A DNA stretch of 64,000 nucleotides, taken from assembly GCA_017427715.1 (NCBI GenBank), contig JAFRSF010000024.1, positions 30,268-94,267 on the forward strand, in the 5' to 3' direction. Numbering within the stretch: the stretch's first letter is position 1; each line of letters begins with the position of its first letter. Of this stretch, positions 48,791 through 57,651 are shown piece by piece. Source of the stretch: Alphaproteobacteria bacterium. GTDB taxonomy: Bacteria; Pseudomonadota; Alphaproteobacteria; Rs-D84. Both the position numbers and the translations under genes were made by a program. The notes under the pieces were generated by a model. That model was not told where the DNA came from and did not search any database. It saw only the letters and a list, made by a program, of their open reading frames with translations.

Positions 48791-49618
48791 ATGACACAAA
48801 AATATACTTTACACACACACACAATTGGGTTTGATGGACAAGATTCTATTATTAATATGATTGAAACAGCCAAACAGCGTGGCTTGCATACAATTGGTAT
48901 CTCGAATCATTTTATTGTACATCCAAATATAAAAAAATCAAAAATGTATGAATTTGCTGTACGCGGTGGATATAGCAATATTTATGCAGAAACCTTCCAA
49001 ACAGCATTAAATCGTTTTATTCCACATTATGCAGAAATTGATGTTTTAAGAGAACAGTATCCAGAAATTCGAATTTTAAAAGGTATGGAAGTTGATTTTT
49101 TTAACAATCCAATTTGGCATAACAAATTTGAACAAGCAATTAACATTTTACAACCTGATTATATTATTGGTTCTGCACATTTTATTGAATATGGCGATAC
49201 AATCTTAAATACTCACGACTGGGCCAAAGCAGATACATCAACCAAAGATATCTTATTAAAGAAATATTGGATAAATCTTGCAAACGCCGCACAGTCCGGT
49301 TTATTTACCTGGATGGCACATTTGGATTTACCAAAAAAAGTTGGATTGGGGTGCGAAGATTATTGGGCAGAATATGAAAATAATGTAATTGAAGAAATAA
49401 ATAAATCAAAAACCGCTATTGAAATAAACACCTCTTTTTATAAACCTGATTGCTATGAACCATACCCATCAAATCGCATTATGCAAATGGTAAAGCATGC
49501 CAACATTCCTGTTTTAATAAGTGATGATGCCCACCGGGCAAAAGATTTATGTCGCCATTTTGACAAGGCAGAAAATATCATCATAAATATGAATCTGCAA
49601 CATTATCAAATAAGATAA
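48791..49618 (+). CDS. PHP-family histidinol-phosphatase-like hydrolase
   Basis: Start at MTQKYTLHTHT (the H-x-H motif). A further His/Asp pattern (..SNHF.., ..GSAHF.., ..HLD..) is typical of the PHP/HisJ family. Confidence 0.65.
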   Translation: MTQKYTLHTHTIGFDGQDSIINMIETAKQRGLHTIGISNHFIVHPNIKKSKMYEFAVRGGYSNIYAETFQTALNRFIPHYAEIDVLREQYPEIRILKGMEVDFFNNPIWHNKFEQAINILQPDYIIGSAHFIEYGDTILNTHDWAKADTSTKDILLKKYWINLANAAQSGLFTWMAHLDLPKKVGLGCEDYWAEYENNVIEEINKSKTAIEINTSFYKPDCYEPYPSNRIMQMVKHANIPVLISDDAHRAKDLCRHFDKAENIIINMNLQHYQIR

Positions 49619-49684
49619 TAACCAATCTTTCTTATTTTGTAGATACAGCACAAAATTACATTATAAAAAAAATCAAACCCAGAA

Positions 49685-50107
49685 TTATTTTATACTATCT
49701 ACTTTCTGTTTTAAAGAATGTAAATCGGGTTTATGGTAATTCGGACCTTTCATAATTTTTCCATCTTCACGAAAAATAGGTTTTCCATCCAAACCAAGTT
49801 TTGACATATTACTTTCATGTGTCAAATCAAAGGCCTGTTCAATTGGAATTCCAAAAGAAACACTGAATCCCGATAAAACATATTGTACATCAGCTGTTTC
49901 TTTACAAATATTTTCAAATAATTCTTGGGGAACAACCTCACCTTTTTGCGTTAGAGCAATTGCAGAATCCAATTCAATAAACAATTCATCAATTTCTTCT
50001 TGCAACAATCGCTTACGCAAAGCCAATAAATCTGCACTAAATGGCATATTTACAGGCAAATTCATAGCCCTGGAAAACTGCTCAACTTTATCTTCGTATT
50101 TACTCAT
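49685..50107 (-). CDS. MazG-like all-alpha NTP pyrophosphohydrolase
   Basis: EExxE-type LLQEEIDEL and ETADVQYVL metal-binding helices. C-terminal ..KGPNYHKPD. Confidence 0.6.
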   Translation of the reverse strand: MSKYEDKVEQFSRAMNLPVNMPFSADLLALRKRLLQEEIDELFIELDSAIALTQKGEVVPQELFENICKETADVQYVLSGFSVSFGIPIEQAFDLTHESNMSKLGLDGKPIFREDGKIMKGPNYHKPDLHSLKQKVDSIK

Positions 50108-50367
50108 TTTTGTCTCCGTATAGTGCGACTATATTCCAATATGTTTTATTTTTCAATATTTAATTTTCGTTCCGCATCTTCAATTTCCCGGTCAATTCCA
50201 ATAATATTGGCTCAAAAATTATTCATTAAGCATGACTAGATTTAAATAAAAAGACCGCTTGTACGCGGTATCTTCATTTTATACTGTGTTCGGGTTCCAA
50301 AGTTCAATACATCAAATTGTCAACGGTACAGTAAATACCGTTAAAAAACAAAGTTTCTAGGGTGACT

Positions 50368-50892
50368 TTACTTAATCACACCACAGGCGATACGCGTACC
50401 GCCACCCCCCAGTGGCAATGGTTCATCTTTGTAATTATCCCCATTGGCATGAACCATAATCGAACGATTTTTAATTTCTTTAACATGCAGATTTTGTACT
50501 GTAAATGATGTTTTAACTGTGCCATCTTTGGAAACCATTAAAACAGGTAAATCCCCTCTGTGACCATTATGTTGATTTGGTCCCAAATGATGTCCTGTTT
50601 TATCAGGGTCATAATGTCCGCCTGCCTTTAATGCCGGTTGTATTTTACCTTGGGCATCAGCCATTACACCACAATCTGGATTTTCATGAATATGGAAACC
50701 ATGTTCACCCGATGGTAGATTTTGCAAATTGACATTTACCAAAAGTCCTGATGGGGTATCTTTAAAAGAAACCTCGCCTATTTTCTGACCAAGACCTGAA
50801 TTCGTTGTCAAATAAACATCTGAATGTGCAGTGTTATAATAACCTTCACAACCTGCTAGTAACAAAGTTGATCCCAATAATATCTTTTTCAT
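50368..50892 (-). CDS. sodC: periplasmic Cu/Zn superoxide dismutase
   Basis: Lipoprotein-type signal peptide (LLAGC lipobox). Motifs GFHIHENPDCG, GGHYDP and GGGGTRIACGVI. Confidence 0.9.
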   Translation of the reverse strand: MKKILLGSTLLLAGCEGYYNTAHSDVYLTTNSGLGQKIGEVSFKDTPSGLLVNVNLQNLPSGEHGFHIHENPDCGVMADAQGKIQPALKAGGHYDPDKTGHHLGPNQHNGHRGDLPVLMVSKDGTVKTSFTVQNLHVKEIKNRSIMVHANGDNYKDEPLPLGGGGTRIACGVIK

Positions 50893-51007
50893 AATTCTTT
50901 CTCCTGTGTTAATGATATCTTCTGCATAATTTTAATATAAAGGTTATATTTATTTTTTGCACAAAAAAGTATTCCTAAACCAATCAATATTTTGTAAAGC
51001 CACAACT

Positions 51008-51034
51008 AAAAAAACCGACCATTTGGTCGGTTTT
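51008..51034 (-). terminator. rho-independent terminator
   Basis: AAAACCGACC/GGTCGGTTTT stem followed by a T7 run on the minus strand. Confidence 0.65.
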
Positions 51035-51042
51035 ATAAATAC

Positions 51043-51870
51043 TTATTTAGCACGCATCAGACCTTTTGCACTTATGCCTTTGTTTATTTTAAGCACAGGT
51101 TTATCTGATGATACTACACCCGTATTCGTTGTTGTATTATTATTTTGATTAACATTTGATTCTACGGAAACCCCTGCTGATATTAATTGCTTTGCAATAT
51201 CCGTAGCAGAAATATCTGGTTGCGCGGTCACAGAAACAGTCGGTGTTGTCCCATAATATATTTTTTTGTTATTGCTTTGACTATATCTATAACAATCTGT
51301 TAGTTTTTTAGCACCTGAATCAGACAGAGGATGTGTCACCGGACACCGAAAAACTTTTTGCATAGCTGCACTACTCGGGAAATATATTATATCATTACCA
51401 ATTCTTCCATAACCGCCTAAATATTCTCCAGGTTTCTGTGGATCGTAATACAATTCCGAAAACTCATCGATAAAATAATTAAACTTGTCGATTTTTCCAG
51501 AGGCAGTTCCAGACGAATATGCATCACGATTACATATTATCAAATAAGCACCAATCCAGACATAACCAGGAACAAAACAAGCATAACCTTCAGGTGCAAA
51601 TGGCTTGTCAGCACCTGCATTTTTATATACTAAGCGCTCTTTATCAAAAACAGGTGTCGGTGAACCTTGACAAAGTTCTTGCATTTTTTTTACACCCTCT
51701 CCATTTTGATTTCTATCATCATATGATCCAAAAAATATGGTTTCACTATCAAACTGCCCTTCATTCAAACAAAAACACCCTTCTGGGCATGATAACATCT
51801 CAGCGCCCACATCTAAGCAAGCACTAAACAGACATAACATTATGAATAAAATCTTTACAGTAAATTTCAT
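51043..51870 (-). CDS. secreted Cys-containing protein, CPEGCFCLN family (paralog 1)
   Basis: Start at MKFTVKI.. after GAGGT. Signal peptide. CPEGCFCLNEG, FRCPVTHPLSDSGAKKLTDCY. Confidence 0.55.
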   Translation of the reverse strand: MKFTVKILFIMLCLFSACLDVGAEMLSCPEGCFCLNEGQFDSETIFFGSYDDRNQNGEGVKKMQELCQGSPTPVFDKERLVYKNAGADKPFAPEGYACFVPGYVWIGAYLIICNRDAYSSGTASGKIDKFNYFIDEFSELYYDPQKPGEYLGGYGRIGNDIIYFPSSAAMQKVFRCPVTHPLSDSGAKKLTDCYRYSQSNNKKIYYGTTPTVSVTAQPDISATDIAKQLISAGVSVESNVNQNNNTTTNTGVVSSDKPVLKINKGISAKGLMRAK

Positions 51871-51892
51871 AACCACCTACCTCACCATCATA

Positions 51893-52660
51893 TTATTTTT
51901 GATTTCGAATTCTTAAAGATGTGCCTTTTACTGGTCTCATTTGGTTAACATCAGCTGACACATTTACGAAATCAACATCTTTACTATTATTCTGTCTCGG
52001 TTTATAATAGGTCTTGTTACCATTTATATCATACGTAAAACATTCATTTAACGTTTTCGCCCCCGATTTAGACAAAGGATAAGATACAGGACACGGAAAC
52101 ACACGTTGTTGCATAATGGGAAAATATACTATATCTTTTCCCTTTATTCCATATCCACCAAATTTCATCTCGTAAGAATATGCTGCATCCGTATAAAATT
52201 CCAAAAAATCGTCAACATTATAATCTACATGATCACCATCTGACACATAATTGTTCAAATATCGTTGCCGATCACACACAACATTGGATTTTCCAACTTT
52301 TATCCAGCCAGTGGCTGTACAACTCAATAGTTGTCCCGGATTCAAAGGAAACGCTGGCAAGCCACAAAGTGTTCTCAATTTTTTTGCACCCTCTGTTAAC
52401 GATGCTTCGTACTCTGCTTGTAATCTCGCTTTATTAGCAGCAGACATTTGGCTTGCATCAATATAAGGATTTTCTTCCCACATTTCTGGGCTTGAACCAT
52501 TGCCACCCCCTAAGAAAAAAATTTCTGTGGAATTTTTTTCAACCTTACCATCATTTAAACAAAAACATCCTTCTGGACACAGAAAGGTGTTTGCGTTTAC
52601 ATCACACAAACACAATACAGACACGACTATACCAAACAACAATCTAATACTGATTTTCAT
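51893..52660 (-). CDS. secreted Cys-containing protein, CPEGCFCLN family (paralog 2)
   Basis: Start at MKISIRL.. CPEGCFCLNDG, FPCPVSYPLSKSGAKTLNECF. Collinear with 51043..51870. Confidence 0.55.
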   Translation of the reverse strand: MKISIRLLFGIVVSVLCLCDVNANTFLCPEGCFCLNDGKVEKNSTEIFFLGGGNGSSPEMWEENPYIDASQMSAANKARLQAEYEASLTEGAKKLRTLCGLPAFPLNPGQLLSCTATGWIKVGKSNVVCDRQRYLNNYVSDGDHVDYNVDDFLEFYTDAAYSYEMKFGGYGIKGKDIVYFPIMQQRVFPCPVSYPLSKSGAKTLNECFTYDINGNKTYYKPRQNNSKDVDFVNVSADVNQMRPVKGTSLRIRNQK

Positions 52661-52723
52661 GATTTGCTTTCCCATTACTTCATTCAGCACTATTTTATCA
52701 TATTTCAACAGGTTATCAAAATA

Positions 52724-53950
52724 TTATTTCTGTGTTGTAGGAACTGTTCCACCAAAACCTAAATCAACATTCAAATGATTTTCAGAATCATAAAAGCCCC
52801 ATTCTTGTTTTACATCATCATATGTCAATTCGGTATTCAACGGATCTTCTGGTGCATCTTGTGTAACCCAATGTCCTGGACTGCCAGCGGGGTTCCATTG
52901 ATGTTGATATTGAACCAACGCAACACCTTCGTTTGGCATGCTGTTATCACCATAATAACCAGTTTGCATAACCATTGAATGTTCAAGCATTTCACTAGTT
53001 AATCCAGCCGGAGATGTTTCTATGTAATAAGGCGAATCGGATTCAAGATAATTTGTAATAACTTTGAATTGATTTGTCTTATTTGCTGCTTGAATGGCTT
53101 CTATCTTGGCCCAATTGGAAAAATCAGCAGCCAACGTTTGTGTACCATCTTGTGCAAATGTCAAAGTTGCTTGATTATCTGTTAAACCACCTTCTAGCAT
53201 AACATCTACACCTTCGCCATCAAAGCCCTTGGTCCAATCATGATAAGACACCTGTCCCTTTGCCAAACCAGTAAACACTATATTACCATTTTGAACCAAA
53301 TTATTCATTTGTTCATTATTGATATTCTTTTCATCATAACCACCAGCAAACGGCATATCATAAACACCATAATCTTTTAATTCAGCAATACCGGTGCCTG
53401 ATACATCCATTCTTAATACACCAAAATCAGAATATTTTAAATTATAATTTTCTGCGTAACTTATGTATTTTACTGGAATATCTATTTGTTTTTGTCCGGA
53501 CTCTGTATCAATAACATCATGGTCAATAAATACATTTGTGTCACCTTGACGTTTTATTTCCCCAACAGTAACATCTGAACCAGGATGTTCTTGCATAATT
53601 TTTGCTGCATCAAGAAATTCGATAGATACTATTTCCCCATTATCATCAGTATGAAACATTAAATCAGAAATAACCCCAGATGTTGGAATCGTTTTTAATG
53701 TTACATTTTCTAAATCATATTTTTTACCGCCATCATCCAAAAATGATACGTGTGTTGATGCGGCACGCGCGTTTGGGTTTACTGTTGGATTACTGCCACC
53801 AACAACAATAAACGAATTCATATTTGTAACATTTTTATTACTGGCCATGGCACGCTGTTCTGGGGTAAGCACATCATCCCCATTACCACCATTGCCACCA
53901 CCACATGCAGACAAAGCCAACAAAGACACAAACAAACTTAATTTTTTCAT
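52724..53950 (-). CDS. surface lipoprotein with Gly-rich linker; C-terminal TbpB/HpuA-like beta-barrel, tentative
   Basis: Lipobox LLALSAC followed by GGGNGGNG. Motifs ..YSDFGV.., ..FAGGYD.., ..F.GLAKG.., C-terminal ..LGFGG... Confidence 0.5.
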   Translation of the reverse strand: MKKLSLFVSLLALSACGGGNGGNGDDVLTPEQRAMASNKNVTNMNSFIVVGGSNPTVNPNARAASTHVSFLDDGGKKYDLENVTLKTIPTSGVISDLMFHTDDNGEIVSIEFLDAAKIMQEHPGSDVTVGEIKRQGDTNVFIDHDVIDTESGQKQIDIPVKYISYAENYNLKYSDFGVLRMDVSGTGIAELKDYGVYDMPFAGGYDEKNINNEQMNNLVQNGNIVFTGLAKGQVSYHDWTKGFDGEGVDVMLEGGLTDNQATLTFAQDGTQTLAADFSNWAKIEAIQAANKTNQFKVITNYLESDSPYYIETSPAGLTSEMLEHSMVMQTGYYGDNSMPNEGVALVQYQHQWNPAGSPGHWVTQDAPEDPLNTELTYDDVKQEWGFYDSENHLNVDLGFGGTVPTTQK

Positions 53951-54070
53951 AAATACACCCCTTTCATTTATATGAAAAAAGTATATATTTTTATTAAAGA
54001 CAAATCAATCAAAATAAGAATAATTTCATTTGTGTTTTATAAAAAAATTGTATAGTATTCTGTTTGTCAT

Positions 54071-54147
54071 CGGGGTGTAGCGCAGCCTGGTAGCGCGTTT
54101 GTCTGGGGGGCAAAAGGTCGCGGGTTCGAACCCCGCCACTCCGACCA
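54071..54147 (+). tRNA. tRNA-Pro(GGG)
   Basis: Hand-folded: acceptor CGGGGTG/CACTCCG (one G-U pair), anticodon loop CTGGGGG, T-arm GCGGG-TTCGAAC-CCCGC, encoded CCA. Confidence 0.85.
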
Positions 54148-54156
54148 AAATAAAAG

Positions 54157-54180
54157 AATACCACAGCGTGGTATTTTTTT
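54157..54180 (+). terminator. hairpin terminator directly after tRNA-Pro(GGG)
   Basis: AATACCAC/GTGGTATT stem followed by a T7 run. Confidence 0.6.
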
Positions 54181-54209
54181 GTTTTGTTGTGGTGTCACAG
54201 TTTGAACAC

Positions 54210-54309
54210 GATACATTGCACTGCAATGTCGGGGTCGACAAGCAGTAGATTTCACAAGTGTTAACGCAGTGAAATCGTCACGGTTGACCCACAGGCATTT
54301 ATGCCGAGG
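54210..54309 (+). other. conserved tRNA-Pro-linked block, copy B
   Basis: Homologous to 48486..48592 with compensatory stem changes. Confidence 0.5.
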
Positions 54310-54337
54310 GAACCCCGCCACTCCGACCAAAATAAAA
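54310..54337 (+). repeat. 28-nt exact direct repeat of the tRNA-Pro(GGG) 3' end plus flank (att-like)
   Basis: GAACCCCGCCACTCCGACCAAAATAAAA is identical to 54128..54155. Confidence 0.9.
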
Positions 54338-54343
54338 AAAACA

Positions 54344-54371
54344 AAAAGCCACACAAAACGTGTGGCTTTTT
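54344..54371. terminator. bidirectional rho-independent terminator
   Basis: AAAAGCCACAC/GTGTGGCTTTT 11-bp stem. Confidence 0.65.
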
Positions 54372-54372
54372 A

Positions 54373-56112
54373 TTAATATTCTTTTTTGCCCCCAAATCCC
54401 ATCATGAAATGAACACCGTCTACGTTATCATAATGCCCTGCGTTCTGATTATACGGAACATTTTCATGATACATTACCATACCACTGAATTCAGTTGGAT
54501 TATTAGACGTTGATCCGAAATAATCCAAAACCATGCTTCCTTCTGTGCGACCTGTTACAGTTGGGTCTGCATCGCTAAAATGTGGTGTTTGTATTGTTGT
54601 AAAGTTTTCAACAACATATGCAGCGTTACTGTCACGATTGACCAATTCATCATCAACATTTACACGTTTGAATTTAAAGGAATCTTCTGCATCATGGTAA
54701 TTGGCAAAAGTTATACTGTTGGAATCTGTGTTACGTTCAACAGTCACATCGTACCATTTATCAAAATTAACAGTCAAAGTTTCTTTGCCATTATTTGCAA
54801 CAACCAAATCTGCAGTACCCGTTAAATCCAACTTTCCAGTTGTTTGTGAAGTATTACCTGATTCGATAGATTTTTCAACAATACCAACTGCATTACCTTT
54901 GAAATTAATTTCTTTGTTCAAATCACGAATCGTTGCCAATTCAACTTTGTTATCCGGATATCCACCATGAAAGATTTCATTATCACCATCAATCTGGACA
55001 ATTCCAAAATCAGAATATGCCAAGCCCAGGTTTTTGCCAACTGATTGAAAATCAACCGTGGTATTTATTTCTTCTTCTGCAAATTCTAAATCTTCAATAC
55101 TCTGTAAATCATTTATTTGTTCCAACACTTCCGCATATAATGCGTTAACTATCGCAGTTTGCATATCACCTTCGTATTCACCATTTTCCGCTGGCCATGA
55201 GTGGAAAGTATCAAAAAATCCACCCTGCTCTTTATAATATGCTATCAATTTTTTTAATTTGTTCTGTGCTTCTGTTAAATTCAATGGTTTATCAGAAACC
55301 AAAGTTATTTCACGACCACCATCTACTGCACTGGCTGGATCATATTTAATTCCTATACCGCCCAAAGTGTAACTATACAGTTTTGTATCCATTTTGAATT
55401 TTGTATCATTACTGTCTATACGATCCGCAATCAATGTTGAAACAACACCAGGTGCATGTGTAACAATATATTCTATACCGGATATTTCTTTGTTTTTACC
55501 AAATACAAATTTTACCTTGGCATCACCATCCATATGTGAAATAACAGATAAATCTGATTTTGTTATATCAAAATCTTGGTGTTCACCGATATCAGAATAT
55601 ATATCTTGGGCTTGATTTCTAATTCTGGCCCAATTATCCCGCGCCCAATCTTTGATATCATCCCAATTTCCATGTAAATAATTACCAAAGCCAGCCAATT
55701 TCAAAGCATTTCTTAATTCTTTGTTATCTGTCCAATTATCAAATTCAGATATATTATCAATTAACCATTTTTTCATGTTATTAAAAGCAACATCATTACA
55801 TTCACGTGGATTAGAACAATAATCTTTGTTATTTGACATCGGTGGGCGTGAAGCACGCGCAGCAGTAACCGTCCCGTTACTAATATCCGTATAATAATCT
55901 TCACCCAACATATTTATTACGTGTGCAGAACGTTTCGATTCATTATCTATGTTAGAAGATACAACAAGATTAGAAGTTCTGACCTGATTTTCCGTAGGCG
56001 TCACAGATGGTCGCATAACATTTTGTCCCCCAGAAACATCATTTCCACCGCCACTGCCACCACCACACGCAGATAAAACAAACAAAGACAACACTATGAA
56101 ATATTTTTTCAT
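54373..56112 (-). CDS. surface lipoprotein with Gly-rich linker; C-terminal TbpB/HpuA-like beta-barrel, tentative
   Basis: Start at MKKYFIV.. after AAAGGA. Lipobox FVLSAC followed by GGGSGGGN. Motifs ..YSDFGI.., ..HGGYP.., ..FKGNAVG.., C-terminal ..MGFGGKKEY. Confidence 0.5.
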   Translation of the reverse strand: MKKYFIVLSLFVLSACGGGSGGGNDVSGGQNVMRPSVTPTENQVRTSNLVVSSNIDNESKRSAHVINMLGEDYYTDISNGTVTAARASRPPMSNNKDYCSNPRECNDVAFNNMKKWLIDNISEFDNWTDNKELRNALKLAGFGNYLHGNWDDIKDWARDNWARIRNQAQDIYSDIGEHQDFDITKSDLSVISHMDGDAKVKFVFGKNKEISGIEYIVTHAPGVVSTLIADRIDSNDTKFKMDTKLYSYTLGGIGIKYDPASAVDGGREITLVSDKPLNLTEAQNKLKKLIAYYKEQGGFFDTFHSWPAENGEYEGDMQTAIVNALYAEVLEQINDLQSIEDLEFAEEEINTTVDFQSVGKNLGLAYSDFGIVQIDGDNEIFHGGYPDNKVELATIRDLNKEINFKGNAVGIVEKSIESGNTSQTTGKLDLTGTADLVVANNGKETLTVNFDKWYDVTVERNTDSNSITFANYHDAEDSFKFKRVNVDDELVNRDSNAAYVVENFTTIQTPHFSDADPTVTGRTEGSMVLDYFGSTSNNPTEFSGMVMYHENVPYNQNAGHYDNVDGVHFMMGFGGKKEY

Positions 56113-56240
56113 GATATAATCCTTTCCCAATACACCATGGTTTGACGATACAATGTTTTAATACCAATGTCAATTTTTTCTGATGCCAAGTATTCATTTT
56201 TTTCCTTGTTTATTTACGATAAAAAAATTAAAATAGCAGT

Positions 56241-57224
56241 ATGCGGAAAGGGATATTTTTATTTTCTTTGTTGGTTGTTTGTTCCACACCTGTGGTGGCT
56301 GCGAATTATGTACCTAAACAATTATTTACAGATACAAACACAGGCGAAGGTTTGTATCCATATTCTTTGAACAACAGAAAGCATCAACCAAAAGTAAGAA
56401 ATTATATTTCACCAATTGGTGGCGGTATTACCCCGATGCAACAAACGGGTAAACGCGGTGTTGTCAAAAGACCGGTACGCGCACGTGCGCGTACAGCAAC
56501 AACATCGTCCGTTGTAACACAACCCAGAAATGTTGTTCAGCGAACAAACGTCGCACGCAGTGCTGCAAATACGACTATGATGCGAAATAATACAAATCGC
56601 AATGTCGGTAATCGTGGTGTTGTGGCGCGCAGTGCATCCACACAATCGGTGGCACGTTCCGCAAACATAAGACGCGTTGCGACAACGTCTGAAACAAATA
56701 TTGTTTCATCACAAAAATGTTTTGCAGGTTACAAAGAATGTATGGAAATGTATTGTTTGCGCGAAGATACACCATATAATCGCTGTTATTGCAGTGCAAA
56801 ATTGGCACAAATTGATTCAAAATATCAAAATAAAATTGATTCTTTAATTCAAGAAATAATGTTACTGGCAAATAAAACCGATGGTTCTGATTCAACGGAA
56901 ACTTTGACACCTGTTGAAGATTATTGGCAGGAAATGGTTGGGGTTTATACTGGAACGAATCCTTGGTTCAATATTGATGAAAATATCAAACAGGTATATG
57001 AAAATCTGAATTGGGCGGACACGGAAACCCGTGTTCGTGGTCAAAATGCATTTAACATAGGTCATCAATATTGTGTACAATATTTGCATTCGTGTGCTTA
57101 TATGGCTTCTAATTTGCGTGATGCATATAAATCAGAAATTGCACGCGATTGTTCCACATATGAAGATACGTTAAAGAAAATCAAAAACATCGCTGAAAGT
57201 GTTATTGAACATTACAAAGAATAA
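56241..57224 (+). CDS. Cys-rich secreted protein (family member closest to 2..2713)
   Basis: Signal peptide (..TPVVA). R/N/T/V-rich repeats (VV.R..SA..). Motif C-x6-CM-x2-YC-x9-RC-x-CSA (QKCFAGYKECMEMYCLREDTPYNRCYCSAKL). Confidence 0.6.
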   Translation: MRKGIFLFSLLVVCSTPVVAANYVPKQLFTDTNTGEGLYPYSLNNRKHQPKVRNYISPIGGGITPMQQTGKRGVVKRPVRARARTATTSSVVTQPRNVVQRTNVARSAANTTMMRNNTNRNVGNRGVVARSASTQSVARSANIRRVATTSETNIVSSQKCFAGYKECMEMYCLREDTPYNRCYCSAKLAQIDSKYQNKIDSLIQEIMLLANKTDGSDSTETLTPVEDYWQEMVGVYTGTNPWFNIDENIKQVYENLNWADTETRVRGQNAFNIGHQYCVQYLHSCAYMASNLRDAYKSEIARDCSTYEDTLKKIKNIAESVIEHYKE

Positions 57225-57341
57225 GAATCTATTTGTTTTTCACACTTTAAATTATGCTCATATATATGACGCGCTAGATCGTCACTGATTGTGTTCCAAT
57301 CAGATAATCGACCATAAATAATGTCACAAGAACACAATGAA

Positions 57342-57581
57342 TTATTCCGATATTGTGTATTTAGATTGCAAGATGTGACGAATATCAGACACCCCAGTTT
57401 TATAAACTTGATCATGTAAAATCCTGTTGTTTTGTAAAGTTATTTTTTGTTGTTTTTGTGTTGTAATCAAAGATTCTTGGGCAATTTGCATATGACATTT
57501 TGTATCTGCAATTTTCAGTCCAACAACATATGCCCCAAAAACGCAAACACAAAAAAATATTATTACATATATTTTATTCAT
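57342..57581 (-). CDS. small membrane-anchored protein (79 aa)
   Basis: Start at MNKIYVII.. after GGAG. One TM helix. Confidence 0.4.
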   Translation of the reverse strand: MNKIYVIIFFCVCVFGAYVVGLKIADTKCHMQIAQESLITTQKQQKITLQNNRILHDQVYKTGVSDIRHILQSKYTISE

Positions 57582-57651
57582 AAAAATCTCCGCAAATAAA
57601 AAATCCACTGCATAAAAATCAGTGGATTATAACATAAACACAAACGATTTC

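Noticed and set aside
54026-54354. 71-aa and 95-aa minus-strand ORFs
   Set aside because: They overlap tRNA-Pro(GGG) and the conserved non-coding block, so they are spurious.
57212-57415. 67-aa lipoprotein-like minus-strand ORF (..FVTSC..)
   Set aside because: It overlaps the 3' end of 57342..57581 by 74 nt in another frame and has no clear RBS. It may be real but is not supportable.
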